A stretch of 62,697 bases of DNA, the filler included, from Mycoplasmatota bacterium (GTDB taxonomy: Bacteria; Bacillota_I; Bacilli_A; RF39; UBA660), in the NCBI GenBank assembly GCA_012727915.1. It is 4 parts of 4 records of this genome, joined end to end, with 100 filler letters (N's around TTAATTAATTAA, not from the genome) between each part and the next. Parts side by side here need not be neighbours in the genome. Positions count along the whole stretch, not along the records: positions 1 to 21,980 come from JAAYGD010000040.1; positions 22,081 to 41,396 come from JAAYGD010000043.1; 2 more parts are not named here. The stretch is one strand, 5' to 3'. Below, in pieces: positions 21,507 to 31,836 of this stretch. Made by a program: the position numbers and the translations under genes. Under the pieces are notes generated by a model. That model had not been told where the DNA came from, did no database searches, and saw only the letters and a program-made list of their open reading frames with translations. Within the stretch, counting starts at the first letter, position 1. Each line of letters opens with the position of its first letter.

Positions 21507-21610
21507 ATTGTTTGTTAAAACAATTTTTTATTAGATATTGCTTAATATTGAAGTAATAACAACAAAAATAAAAAAAATGTAAAAAAATATATAAATAATG
21601 AAAAAAGTTG

Positions 21611-21639
21611 TTGACATTCAAGTTTTAATTTGATATATT
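21611..21639 (+). promoter_or_regulatory. rRNA operon SigA promoter
   Basis: TTGACA-17 nt-TATATT with TG, and an A-rich UP element upstream. Confidence 0.8.
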
Positions 21640-21668
21640 ATGTGTACGCCTTGAGAAAATAGGCGGAA

Positions 21669-21684
21669 TGATCTTTGAAAACTG
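21669..21684 (+). promoter_or_regulatory. rrn leader boxA antitermination element
   Basis: TGATCTTTGAAAACTG, between the promoter and 16S. Confidence 0.8.
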
Positions 21685-21754
21685 AGCAAAATGTCAATTT
21701 TGAGTAGCTAAGGATTTTAAATTTAAAAACAAAAATAATTCTATGAATTAATTT

Positions 21755-21980
<226 letters not shown>

Positions 21981-22080
21981 NNNNNNNNNNNNNNNNNNNN
22001 NNNNNNNNNNNNNNNNNNNNNNNNTTAATTAATTAANNNNNNNNNNNNNNNNNNNNNNNNNNNNNNNNNNNNNNNNNNNN
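21981..22080. other. Assembly gap with artificial six-frame-stop linker
   Basis: N run containing TTAATTAATTAA at 22025-22036. Confidence 0.97.
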
Positions 22081-22431
22081 AAATTATTTATTATTGATTT
22101 TTATAGTTTGAAAAATAAAACATCTTCTTATGATGTTGGAGGAGTTCAATTTATATATTCAGAATTTAAAGATAATTTTAGTTTAAAAGCTTCTAATACT
22201 ATATATAAATATTTGAATCCTAATATGAAAGAATTACCATTAGTAAAAAAAGTAAATGTAATTAATATTGAAGAAACAACCTTTGAATATAAAGAAAAAG
22301 AATATCAATCATATAAAGTATTTTTAAATTGGGAATATGAAAATGATTATGGATATGAAAAAGAATGTGTTTTAATTTTAATGAAAGAAAATGATAGGCT
22401 AGATATTGTTGAAAAAACAAACATATCTTAA
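22081..22431 (+). CDS. Hypothetical protein, 5' truncated by gap
   Basis: Frame is open from the contig start (KLFIIDFYSLKNK...DVGG). Confidence 0.7.
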   Translation, partial: KLFIIDFYSLKNKTSSYDVGGVQFIYSEFKDNFSLKASNTIYKYLNPNMKELPLVKKVNVINIEETTFEYKEKEYQSYKVFLNWEYENDYGYEKECVLILMKENDRLDIVEKTNIS

Positions 22432-22454
22432 TTATACAGAACGGAGGATGCATA

Positions 22455-23909
22455 ATGGTGTTTTCTAATATTAATGATTATTATGCTATAGGTGAAAAAA
22501 TTTATATCATTTCTGGGATAATTATTGCAAGCTTGGTTTCCTATAGAATGATATATTTAATTATTGGAATTTTTTTTACTAGAAAGTTTAAAGAAGCTAA
22601 AAAGAAACATAAGTATGCTATATTGATTGCAGCTAGAAATGAAGAAAAAGTAATAGGAAACTTACTATCAAGTATTAATAAACAGGATTATCCTAAAGAT
22701 AATATTACTGTTTTTGTTGTTGCGGATAATTGTAATGATAATACTGCTAAAATATCAAGAAATAATGGTGCTATATGTTATGAAAGATTTAATGATAAAG
22801 ATAAAACAAAAGGTTTTGCATTACAATTTTTATTAAATAAAATTGAAGAAGATTATGGAAGATTGTCTTTTGAAGGATATTTTATATTCGATGCTGATAA
22901 TTTATTGAATAAAGATTATATTTCAAAAATGAATGATGCTTTTGATTCTGGAGAAAAAATAATTACTTCATATAGAAATACTAAAAATTTTGATGAAAAT
23001 TGGATTGCATCAAATTATGCATTACATTGGTTAAGATCTATAAGAAATGATCATAGAGCAAGAAGTGTTTTGAGATTGGCAACAAATATTCAAGGAACCG
23101 GGTTTTTATTTGCGAGTGAAATAGTCAAAGATGGATGGAAATTTACTTCATTAACTGAAGATAGAGCTTTATCAGCAGATTCGGTTGTAAAGGGGTATAG
23201 CATTACATATAATGATGAAGCGGAGTTTTTTGATGAACAGCCAACTAATTTGAGAATAGCTTTAAGACAACGTTTAAGATGGTCTAAGGGGCATTTATTA
23301 GCGTATGTTGAAACTGCTCCAAGTCTAATAAAAAACATTATATTTGGTAGAAAATATATAGTAAATAAAACTCCAGTTATAAATAATAAATTTTTAGAAT
23401 CCATAAGGCATAGATTTGCATCTTTTGATATGTTGATGCATCAAACTCCATTCTTAGTATTTAATTTATTTTTTTGGTTATTTTTTAGTGCTTTATTATA
23501 TGTAATATATTCATATTCAAATGGTGTTTCTAATACATCATTAGTATTTGAAACTTCACTAATAGGAAGATTATTAACAAATATATTTAAAGATATTTAT
23601 TTTAATTTTGCTCCAGGTATTGAAGCTATGTTTGCATCTTTAATAATCGTATTAATATTAAGATTATTATTTAGAATAGAAACATATTTGTTAAGTTTCA
23701 TAATGCCTATTTATATATTTATTATTGAAAGAAAAAGAATTAAAAAAATTACTTTTATAAAGAAAATAAAGTATATATTAACATGGCCTATTTTTGATTT
23801 AATAGGAATATACACATCTTATATAGCGTTATTTGTAAAAGTAACATGGAAACCAATTCCACATACTAGTGAAGTTACTATTGAAGATATTTATTTATCA
23901 AAAAAATAA
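22455..23909 (+). CDS. Processive GT2 glycosyltransferase (IcaA/cellulose-synthase-like)
   Basis: AARNEE, DAD, TED, QRLRW, and C-terminal TM helices. Confidence 0.93.
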   Translation: MVFSNINDYYAIGEKIYIISGIIIASLVSYRMIYLIIGIFFTRKFKEAKKKHKYAILIAARNEEKVIGNLLSSINKQDYPKDNITVFVVADNCNDNTAKISRNNGAICYERFNDKDKTKGFALQFLLNKIEEDYGRLSFEGYFIFDADNLLNKDYISKMNDAFDSGEKIITSYRNTKNFDENWIASNYALHWLRSIRNDHRARSVLRLATNIQGTGFLFASEIVKDGWKFTSLTEDRALSADSVVKGYSITYNDEAEFFDEQPTNLRIALRQRLRWSKGHLLAYVETAPSLIKNIIFGRKYIVNKTPVINNKFLESIRHRFASFDMLMHQTPFLVFNLFFWLFFSALLYVIYSYSNGVSNTSLVFETSLIGRLLTNIFKDIYFNFAPGIEAMFASLIIVLILRLLFRIETYLLSFIMPIYIFIIERKRIKKITFIKKIKYILTWPIFDLIGIYTSYIALFVKVTWKPIPHTSEVTIEDIYLSKK

Positions 23910-23922
23910 AACAAGCATTAAC

Positions 23923-25872
23923 TTATTGCTTGTTTTTAAAATAGTCATGTTTTAATATTAAATCGTTTTTCTTAATTATATAATCTACATATGAATTGGA
24001 TTCTTCTATATAATTAATGTCCTTAATTTTATCATTTGTGCCATCTTCTACATAATATTTTCCATCATACCAAGAATAATCATTAAAAAATACTATTCCA
24101 TTATGTTCTTTTCCTAAAGCATCTTTTCCTAAATAATTATTGTTATCATATTCTATGCCCAAAAGATTAAGTACTGTTGGTAATATATCTATTTGAGAAG
24201 TAGCTTTATATATATTTGTTTTCTTTTGTTTACTACTCCATATAAAAAATGGAGTTTCATTAATTAAATTGTTTGAAGTTTCTTTCTTTTTATCTAATAA
24301 AGTTTTATCTGCTATTGTATATAAATAATGATCTGAGAATGCTACTATTATTGTGTTATCATATAAATTATTATCTTTTAGAGCTTGCATTAATAATCCT
24401 ACCATATCATCAGTTTCTTTTGCTTGTATATTTATGCAATCTTCCTCAGTATAAATTGCTTCTTCAAATTCTATTAATAAGTTTTCTTTTTCTTCTTCTG
24501 TAAGTTCATCATTTAACATTTTTTCTTCATATTCTTTGTTCAATATTTTTTGACATAAGCCTTTATCTTTTTGAAATGGCATATGTACTGAATATGTAAT
24601 TAGATAATTTATAAAATTGCCTTCTTTTTTAAACATGTTTTCATAAAAGAAATCATTATTAATTAATTCTCTATCTAACATATAGTCTTCGTTATCATAG
24701 GTTTTTAAATCTTTTAATCCATAATATTTATCAAAGCCCCAATTTTTATAATTTATATTTCTAGAATAGTATTCTCCAGTATTCATATGAAAAGCATTTA
24801 CTCTATAATCTAAATTAGTAAATATCTTTGCTAAAGAACTAGGAAAATCATTTTTATTTAATGAATAAGCATTTTTTGTATAGCTAATAGGAGTAATAAA
24901 ACCTGTGTTTACTGCAAACTCGGAATTAAATGTTGAACCTCCACCATTGTAATAAGAGAAGTGATTTAAAAAGTTAATAGAATTATTTAATAGTTTATAA
25001 GTATTAGGCATTATTTTTTTTGTTAATAGCCAATTATCAATGCCTTCAAATTGTAAGAAAATAATGTTTTTACCTTCAAAAATACCTGTGTACTTATTTT
25101 TTTCATTTAATTTAGATTCTTTAAACATATTACTTAAAAACAATAATTCTTTTTCATCTGTTGTTTTTTTCTCTTCTAAATATGTTTTATAATAGTTTCT
25201 AATTGTATATTCAAAAATGCCACTTACACTTAAACTTTTATTATTATCGTTATAATTCTCATAAACATTTCTAGGGTTTTTCCATGTATTCCATGTTAAT
25301 TCATTATTTTTTTCTCCTAGTAATAATGGAGTTGTTTGATGAATGATAATAAATAATATAATTGTAATAATTAATCCTTTGTAGTTGGTTTTATTATTCC
25401 AAGGAAATTTAATAAAACTAATAACAAATAATGCAATAGATATTATTATTGTTATATATATCCATATATTAGCGCTCTTTATTGCAGATACAAAAAATTC
25501 ACTACCTTCTTTAGCTAATCCTAAAAGCGCAAAATCAAAGAAATTTTTTGTTAATGAGTAATATACGTTATTAACTGCAAACATTGTTATACTTAGAATA
25601 AAGAAAAGTATATATAAGGGTTTTCCAATTTTTTTATTAATAAATAAAGTTAAAAGCATGAATAATGATATCCAAACAATACTAAATAAGTTAGGAACAA
25701 ATGAATTAATTTTTAAGAATTCTATTTCTTTTCCTAGTAATCTAGTTACTATATCTAAAATAAAAAATGAAGAAAAGCCTAAAATAATAGAATGAAAAAA
25801 CTTGTTTTTTAAAAAGTTTAAAACAAATTTTAATATTTTATCTAATTTTTTATTTAAATTAAATTTTTTCAT
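23923..25872 (-). CDS. LTA synthase / sulfatase-fold phosphoglycerol transferase
   Basis: Five N-terminal TM helices, FLQFEG, GGSTFNSEF catalytic Thr, H.PF, SDH, SQIDILPT. Start probably 25872. Confidence 0.9.
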   Translation of the reverse strand: MKKFNLNKKLDKILKFVLNFLKNKFFHSIILGFSSFFILDIVTRLLGKEIEFLKINSFVPNLFSIVWISLFMLLTLFINKKIGKPLYILFFILSITMFAVNNVYYSLTKNFFDFALLGLAKEGSEFFVSAIKSANIWIYITIIISIALFVISFIKFPWNNKTNYKGLIITIILFIIIHQTTPLLLGEKNNELTWNTWKNPRNVYENYNDNNKSLSVSGIFEYTIRNYYKTYLEEKKTTDEKELLFLSNMFKESKLNEKNKYTGIFEGKNIIFLQFEGIDNWLLTKKIMPNTYKLLNNSINFLNHFSYYNGGGSTFNSEFAVNTGFITPISYTKNAYSLNKNDFPSSLAKIFTNLDYRVNAFHMNTGEYYSRNINYKNWGFDKYYGLKDLKTYDNEDYMLDRELINNDFFYENMFKKEGNFINYLITYSVHMPFQKDKGLCQKILNKEYEEKMLNDELTEEEKENLLIEFEEAIYTEEDCINIQAKETDDMVGLLMQALKDNNLYDNTIIVAFSDHYLYTIADKTLLDKKKETSNNLINETPFFIWSSKQKKTNIYKATSQIDILPTVLNLLGIEYDNNNYLGKDALGKEHNGIVFFNDYSWYDGKYYVEDGTNDKIKDINYIEESNSYVDYIIKKNDLILKHDYFKNKQ

Positions 25873-25897
25873 AACTTGAAGATTATACCACTTTGAT

Positions 25898-28027
25898 TTA
25901 TTCTTGTATAGGGATTTCTTCTTTAGTTTTTTCATAATATATAATCCTAATCTCCTCATAATCTTTAAGCAGTTTACCTGCTTCTACACTTTGACTTTTT
26001 AATTTACCAGCATTTAGTTCATTATATTCTTCAGAATCAATTTTAATTTCTTCAATAATAATTATTAGTTTATCTGTATTATTATTTTTCCAAGTATATG
26101 CTTCATCAATTGAATATGTTTCAAAATTTGGAATTACATCATCAATTTGTTCGGGAACTTTATCTGAATATTTTCCAATTTTAATAATTAATGCTTCATT
26201 TATGTTTTTTACAATATAGCCATATGGAATACTTTGTTCTATTATTTTATTATTGTCTTCTATATTATATACATCAACATATTCTTCTTCTATTTTTATA
26301 TTATTAGTTTTTCCCCATTCTTTTGCAACTTCAATATCTTTTGATATGAATTTATCTACTAAATTAATTGTACTTTCATATTTATATGGACCTTTTCCAA
26401 TTATAGTTTTTTCATATGTTTCATTGATTGAAAAATTCATTTCTTTAATTAATTCTGGTTTGACTTTTTCTAAATTAATATTCATTGCTTTAACTATATC
26501 AGCAAGGCTTTGTCTATTATAATAATAGTTATAAAGTTGAGTTTTAAATTTTTCATCCCAAATTAAAGTGTCTGATCCTTTTAAAAATAATGAATCAAAA
26601 GAAATAGTCGAATTTGAATTATTTAATAGCATTCCTTTTATAACATTATATAAGGATAATATTTGATTAGTATTAATGTTTGTTTCAACACTATCACCCA
26701 TTATTTCTAATAGATTATAAATGTCATCTAATTTATTTATATTATTAACGCCACTCATAATTCCATTTATAACTTTTTGTTGATTTTGTCCTCTTTCGAT
26801 ATCATCTCTTTTTCCTTCATTATAGGTTGGACAATATGCTGCCATTTGTTTTCCAATTGCAGAACCATCATTTGGTTTATGTCTATTTCTTGAAAGCGCT
26901 AAGGCTTGCTCACCATTTACTTTCTTATATCCTTTTTCTAAAAACACAGTATCTGAACCCCAAGTTCTATTGCTATTTTGTTCACATAAACTATATGGAA
27001 CATCTACATATATTCCTCCAAGATTATCTACTAACTTAACTAGGCCTTTAAAATTTATTTTTGCATAATAATCTATTTTTATTTCTGTGAAATTTTCTAT
27101 AGTTTTTATCATGCATTCTTCACCATGCCATGCAGCATGAGTGATTTTGTTTTCTCTCTGATTTTCAAAACATACTATTGGTACATATGTATCTCTTGGA
27201 ATGCTGAGCATAGTAGCATTTAATGTTTTAGGATTAAAAGTAATTAACATTAAAGCATCTCCATTAAATGCTGAACCACTTTTAATGCTTTCTAAAGTTG
27301 AATCAACCCCCATTAATAAAATAGTAAATGGTTCTGTTATTTCCTGTCTAGTATTATCCTCTACTTTAATTTTTTTCTCTTTAGATATTAAAATTTTTGT
27401 TTCATCTTTGATATTAGCAAAACCATTAAATGAAAATAATACTGAATAGTTTGTTGTAATTAATATTGCATCTACTTCTTTTTCGTATAGTCCTAACACA
27501 AGAGCAGTAATGTCATCATAGTTAATAATTTCATTAGTTTTATCTAATTTCCTATCTTTAATTATTTCTTTAGGTATTACATATCCCTCAATACTATCTT
27601 TATTATTATATAGTCCAATTTTCATGTTATTGAGTTCTTTAACATCATTAATGTTGCTTTCATTTAATACTACTAAACTCGAAGAATATAATGTTTCATT
27701 AGAACTAATAGTGTTCAAGGAAGTATAAACTTTATCAATTACATTATATAATAGGCATTGAATTATAAAGATAATTATCATTACAATTGAAAGGAATATA
27801 GATCTTTTTCTCTTTCTTTTAGCAATAAACCTTATTGATTTTAATGTAAAAAAAATAAAAGAAATAAATAATATAATTATTAATAAAAGTCTTATTAAAT
27901 TTTCAATATTATACAATTTAAAAACAGAAAAAATAAGATAACTATTACTTAAAAAATAAAGAATATTTACCATCACTAATATAATGAAAAATTTGTTGTT
28001 TAATATATTTTTTATAATTTTGTTCAT
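25898..28027 (-). CDS. LCP (LytR-CpsA-Psr) phosphotransferase with accessory domain and PASTA-like C-terminus
   Basis: Three TM helices, ILLMGVD, SIPRDTYV, KITHA, GEQALAL.R.R, D..RG.NQQ, IIEQS and KSQS PASTA-like motifs. Confidence 0.92.
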   Translation of the reverse strand: MNKIIKNILNNKFFIILVMVNILYFLSNSYLIFSVFKLYNIENLIRLLLIIILFISFIFFTLKSIRFIAKRKRKRSIFLSIVMIIIFIIQCLLYNVIDKVYTSLNTISSNETLYSSSLVVLNESNINDVKELNNMKIGLYNNKDSIEGYVIPKEIIKDRKLDKTNEIINYDDITALVLGLYEKEVDAILITTNYSVLFSFNGFANIKDETKILISKEKKIKVEDNTRQEITEPFTILLMGVDSTLESIKSGSAFNGDALMLITFNPKTLNATMLSIPRDTYVPIVCFENQRENKITHAAWHGEECMIKTIENFTEIKIDYYAKINFKGLVKLVDNLGGIYVDVPYSLCEQNSNRTWGSDTVFLEKGYKKVNGEQALALSRNRHKPNDGSAIGKQMAAYCPTYNEGKRDDIERGQNQQKVINGIMSGVNNINKLDDIYNLLEIMGDSVETNINTNQILSLYNVIKGMLLNNSNSTISFDSLFLKGSDTLIWDEKFKTQLYNYYYNRQSLADIVKAMNINLEKVKPELIKEMNFSINETYEKTIIGKGPYKYESTINLVDKFISKDIEVAKEWGKTNNIKIEEEYVDVYNIEDNNKIIEQSIPYGYIVKNINEALIIKIGKYSDKVPEQIDDVIPNFETYSIDEAYTWKNNNTDKLIIIIEEIKIDSEEYNELNAGKLKSQSVEAGKLLKDYEEIRIIYYEKTKEEIPIQE

Positions 28028-28090
28028 AGCTCCTCACAACTTTTTTAATTATATATTAATTATAACATTTTAACAATAAAAAAACTTGAG

Positions 28091-29446
28091 TTAGTCATCA
28101 AGTTTTCCTTTTTTTCTTTTCTTATCTTTTTTATTAATTATTTCTGTTTCTTTAATGGGTTTTTTCTTAATAAAGTATAAGGATATAGAAATTATAAATA
28201 GAACAAGAGAAACAACATTTGAAATTGTTAGGATATTAATAATTTTACTATTTTCTTTAATATCTTTGTTTAATAATTGAGACTCTTCGTTATTAAATCT
28301 TATAACATTATTACTTATTAAATCATATATATAATAATCTTTTTCACCAGTATTTATATCCATACCATATAATATTGCAAATTCAGAAGTTTTATTAATT
28401 TTATATACCTGAAAATCAATGTTGTTTATTTTTTCAACTGTTTTAATATAATTGACAAATATATCTTTATTTTCTTCTAATTCGAGAGGTAAAATTCTTA
28501 ATTTATCAAATACAAGCTCTATGTAAGGAGAGTATTTGTTATCTATATTATCATATATATATAAAGCAATCATTCCTTCAATATCTTTAAGACCCACTAA
28601 AACCATTTGGTTATTTTGATTATAAAAAGATGGCACTATAATATCATTAATTTTAATAGAGTTTTTTTCAAATTCTTCTGGAGGAGTAATCAAACTTTCT
28701 CTTTTTACTATTGTCATTGTATCACCAGTAATTGTAGTTACTTCTATAGGGTTTGGGTCTTTAACTATTGCATTTAATGTGTATGTTTTTGTGGAACCAT
28801 TCTGAGCAGTAACGATTATATTAAATTTATTATCACCTTCGTTAACTTCTTTTGTTCCTGTTCCATCAACATCAGATCTATAATCTTCTGTTTTTGCTAT
28901 TATTTTAATTGTTTCTATATTTGAATCTAATTCAACTGTATAATTTAATGTATTCTTATCAAATATAGGAGATAATTCTTTACCTTCAACTGATAATGAT
29001 TTTAAATAATTGTTTTTTGAATAAGTGGCTTCTAATTGTGATAAGGTTAATAATTTAACTGAGGAAGTTCCAGCAGATAAAGTCATTTTAGCTTCGTTCC
29101 AATCGTATGCAGCATATGACTTTACTCCTATTCTAGTTGTACCAGATGCTAGAGCTTTAAACCTATAAGTATATGAAACTGATTTCATAGTACCATTACC
29201 ATAATCAGCCACATAAACATTACCGCTTTCTAATTTTAATAGAGAAGGGTTGTAGTTTAAACTAAATTCCCAAGAACCTAAAGCTACAGATGAAGATATG
29301 GTTACTGTCGTTGTAAAAGTTCTTCCAACAATGATAGTAGAAGATGAACTTTTAACACCTATATATGCACTTGCTGCATTTACTTTGTTTATTAGTAAAG
29401 TAAACGTTAATAATGCAATTAATGAAAGTCTAATTATTTTTATCAT
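28091..29446 (-). CDS. Secreted cohesin-like plus cadherin-like beta-sandwich protein with C-terminal membrane anchor
   Basis: Signal peptide ending VNA, VG.TFT.TV...G...L.YN..LL cohesin-like segment, NNYLKSL..F.....Y...VTAQNG..KTY cadherin-like segment, then TM and basic tail. Confidence 0.75.
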   Translation of the reverse strand: MIKIIRLSLIALLTFTLLINKVNAASAYIGVKSSSSTIIVGRTFTTTVTISSSVALGSWEFSLNYNPSLLKLESGNVYVADYGNGTMKSVSYTYRFKALASGTTRIGVKSYAAYDWNEAKMTLSAGTSSVKLLTLSQLEATYSKNNYLKSLSVEGKELSPIFDKNTLNYTVELDSNIETIKIIAKTEDYRSDVDGTGTKEVNEGDNKFNIIVTAQNGSTKTYTLNAIVKDPNPIEVTTITGDTMTIVKRESLITPPEEFEKNSIKINDIIVPSFYNQNNQMVLVGLKDIEGMIALYIYDNIDNKYSPYIELVFDKLRILPLELEENKDIFVNYIKTVEKINNIDFQVYKINKTSEFAILYGMDINTGEKDYYIYDLISNNVIRFNNEESQLLNKDIKENSKIINILTISNVVSLVLFIISISLYFIKKKPIKETEIINKKDKKRKKGKLDD

Positions 29447-29454
29447 ATTTTCTC

Positions 29455-31614
29455 CTATAATTTTATTTCTCCTAGAATATTTTTTTGTATTCTAAGTAAG
29501 TCTAATATATTTACTATTTTATCGTTATTAGTATCTGCTGCCACAATATAAACACTATCTAATGATTTGGCTTTTACTAAATGTTTTTGTACTTTTAATA
29601 AGTCTAAAATATTAATCTTTCCATCTCCATCTATATCTCCAGTAACTGATACTGTATATGTTTTTGTTTCATTTGAAGTTGTTGTAATAGTAATTAATTG
29701 ACCAGTCTTAAGAATAGTTTTATAGTCATTTATAGTTCCGTTTGAATCTTTAACAGTAATTATTGAACTTGGACTATTAGAATTAATCTTATTAGTAAGG
29801 GTTTCTATAGTATTACCCACAGAATTATTGGGAATAAAGTCATTATTATCAACTCCTAATAAATTTGATAATTCGTTAATAGAAATAATACTCTCAACTT
29901 TAATTATTACGATTTTATAAGTTTTTATTTCTCCATTTTCAGCTGTTACTATAATGGATATATCGTTTGAATCATCATTTAATTGAATTATTCCATCCCC
30001 ATTAATTTTACTAAGAGAATTCTCAGCAGTAGCTTTAATATTAACTGAAGAGTTTGTTTTATCTATAAAATGGGTATATTCTAGTACTTCTTTATCAAAG
30101 TCATTAATTGATATATCATTAAGGGTAATTGAACTTAAATAATTGTTATTACTACCAGAGCTAGGTAAAGAAGTAGACATTGGAGTTTCCAAATATATTG
30201 GTATAGAAAATGAATATGCATTTGATAATAAATTTTGAGAGTTATATGAATAATAAATAGAAGAAGCTTCACTTGAAGGTGCTTGAACATTTGTCATATA
30301 TTGATGAGTGTATTTATCATAATATGCAGTTGGAGCCGTATTGAATTTTTGAAAATATAATGTGTATTGTCCTTTTGATATATATCCACCTGATAAAAAT
30401 GCGGAGCCTCCATTTATTGCTTTTTCAACAGTATTCCATGGTTCTCTTGTATTATTTGGATTATCAATAACTCCTGCAGCATATGCTAAACCTCTATATA
30501 TTGGAGTAGCTCCATATGCACCAATATTAAAAAAATTATAGAATCCAGAATATTGAACTCCATCATATGTAAAAGGAGCTCCGCTTGTTGCGGCATTTCC
30601 ACTAATTCCAACTTCTTGTTTTATCCTACTTGCAAGGTGAGCGGGACTAATATTATACTTTTCACCACTAATATTTAAAGTGTTTGCAAACTCATCATTA
30701 CTAAATGTTCCTCCTGAAAATGTAGATTTTACTATATTTGGATATTCTGATTTAAGATTAATATCATAATTGAGTGTTTCGAACATAAATATATATTTTT
30801 CATTTAAAAAGTTTCTTGGATCCATATAAAATGATATTACTCCAGTATTTGCATAATACCAATTTGGAACTTCCGCTATAGAAGTACTATTAGAATATTG
30901 TTCATTATAAAATTGAATATAATTTTTGTAATTTTCTCCATTTATGACATCATTCCATCTTAAACCTGTTTGTATTGGATTAAAAGTCCAATTTGGGTAT
31001 TTTTTATGAAGGAAACTTAAATAAGGAAAATAACTTTCAGGAAATCCTGAAGTTCTTAAAATTTCTTCATATGCTTCATCTTCATCAGTAATGTTATTTC
31101 TTATTACAACATTATCACTACATATGTATCCAGAAGATTTATCATCATAATAACTTACTTTATACCATGGACCAACGCAACCATTACCACTAGGATGATA
31201 TTCTAATATTGTAAGATTAACTCCTAATATAAGAGAGTTAACTAAAGAGGATGTGCTAGTTGGTCGGCTTCTAACATTTACAAAATTTCCATAAGTTCTT
31301 GAGGTCCAACCGCTAGTATTATATTCAGGGTTAGTAGTAATGTTGACATAAGTACTGCAAACATATGCATCATTATTATCATAAACTATTTTATACCATC
31401 CATCTGTACATCCAATTCCTGTATATAGTGTTTCATCAACAAGATTAATATAAAAACCAATATTGGTAGTTATTATAATATTTGATTCATCTATTGCTTC
31501 GGGTGTAGATCTAATTCTAACTCCTTGACCTGTAATTACTCCATCTATAGTAGCGTTAACTAAGTTAGGAAAAATTAATAAAATAAAAACAAAAATTAAT
31601 ATTTTTTTTATCAT
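29455..31614 (-). CDS. Autolysin: two SH3b, GH73/LytD-like glucosaminidase, cadherin-like domain and type I dockerin
   Basis: VR..P...WYK SH3b motifs, YMDPRNFL, QE catalytic Glu, YNFFNIGA, HQYMTN, GDIDGDGKINILD / ADTNNDKIVNILD dockerin repeats. Confidence 0.88.
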   Translation of the reverse strand: MIKKILIFVFILLIFPNLVNATIDGVITGQGVRIRSTPEAIDESNIIITTNIGFYINLVDETLYTGIGCTDGWYKIVYDNNDAYVCSTYVNITTNPEYNTSGWTSRTYGNFVNVRSRPTSTSSLVNSLILGVNLTILEYHPSGNGCVGPWYKVSYYDDKSSGYICSDNVVIRNNITDEDEAYEEILRTSGFPESYFPYLSFLHKKYPNWTFNPIQTGLRWNDVINGENYKNYIQFYNEQYSNSTSIAEVPNWYYANTGVISFYMDPRNFLNEKYIFMFETLNYDINLKSEYPNIVKSTFSGGTFSNDEFANTLNISGEKYNISPAHLASRIKQEVGISGNAATSGAPFTYDGVQYSGFYNFFNIGAYGATPIYRGLAYAAGVIDNPNNTREPWNTVEKAINGGSAFLSGGYISKGQYTLYFQKFNTAPTAYYDKYTHQYMTNVQAPSSEASSIYYSYNSQNLLSNAYSFSIPIYLETPMSTSLPSSGSNNNYLSSITLNDISINDFDKEVLEYTHFIDKTNSSVNIKATAENSLSKINGDGIIQLNDDSNDISIIVTAENGEIKTYKIVIIKVESIISINELSNLLGVDNNDFIPNNSVGNTIETLTNKINSNSPSSIITVKDSNGTINDYKTILKTGQLITITTTSNETKTYTVSVTGDIDGDGKINILDLLKVQKHLVKAKSLDSVYIVAADTNNDKIVNILDLLRIQKNILGEIKL

Positions 31615-31764
31615 AATTCCTCCTTATTCTTAATATATATTCTATTATACAAGTAATATAAATAAAAATATATAATTCAATATTAATTTAACTTTTTATT
31701 TACATTAAAAGATGGTATAATATTGTTACAAAACAACAAAAAACAAAAAAAATCAAGTAATAAC

Positions 31765-31792
31765 TTGACAATCTTGTAAATATATGTATAAT
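31765..31792 (+). promoter_or_regulatory. SigA promoter
   Basis: TTGACA-16 nt-TATAAT upstream of 31837. Confidence 0.7.
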
Positions 31793-31836
31793 AAGGCACA
31801 ACTGAGAGAAAAAGCATAAAAAAAGGGGGATTTTTT

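Noticed and set aside
22025..22036. TTAATTAATTAA repeated in three N-gaps (also 41441 and 60604)
   Set aside because: It is an artificial six-frame-stop contig linker, not a biological repeat. Synteny across the gaps cannot be used.
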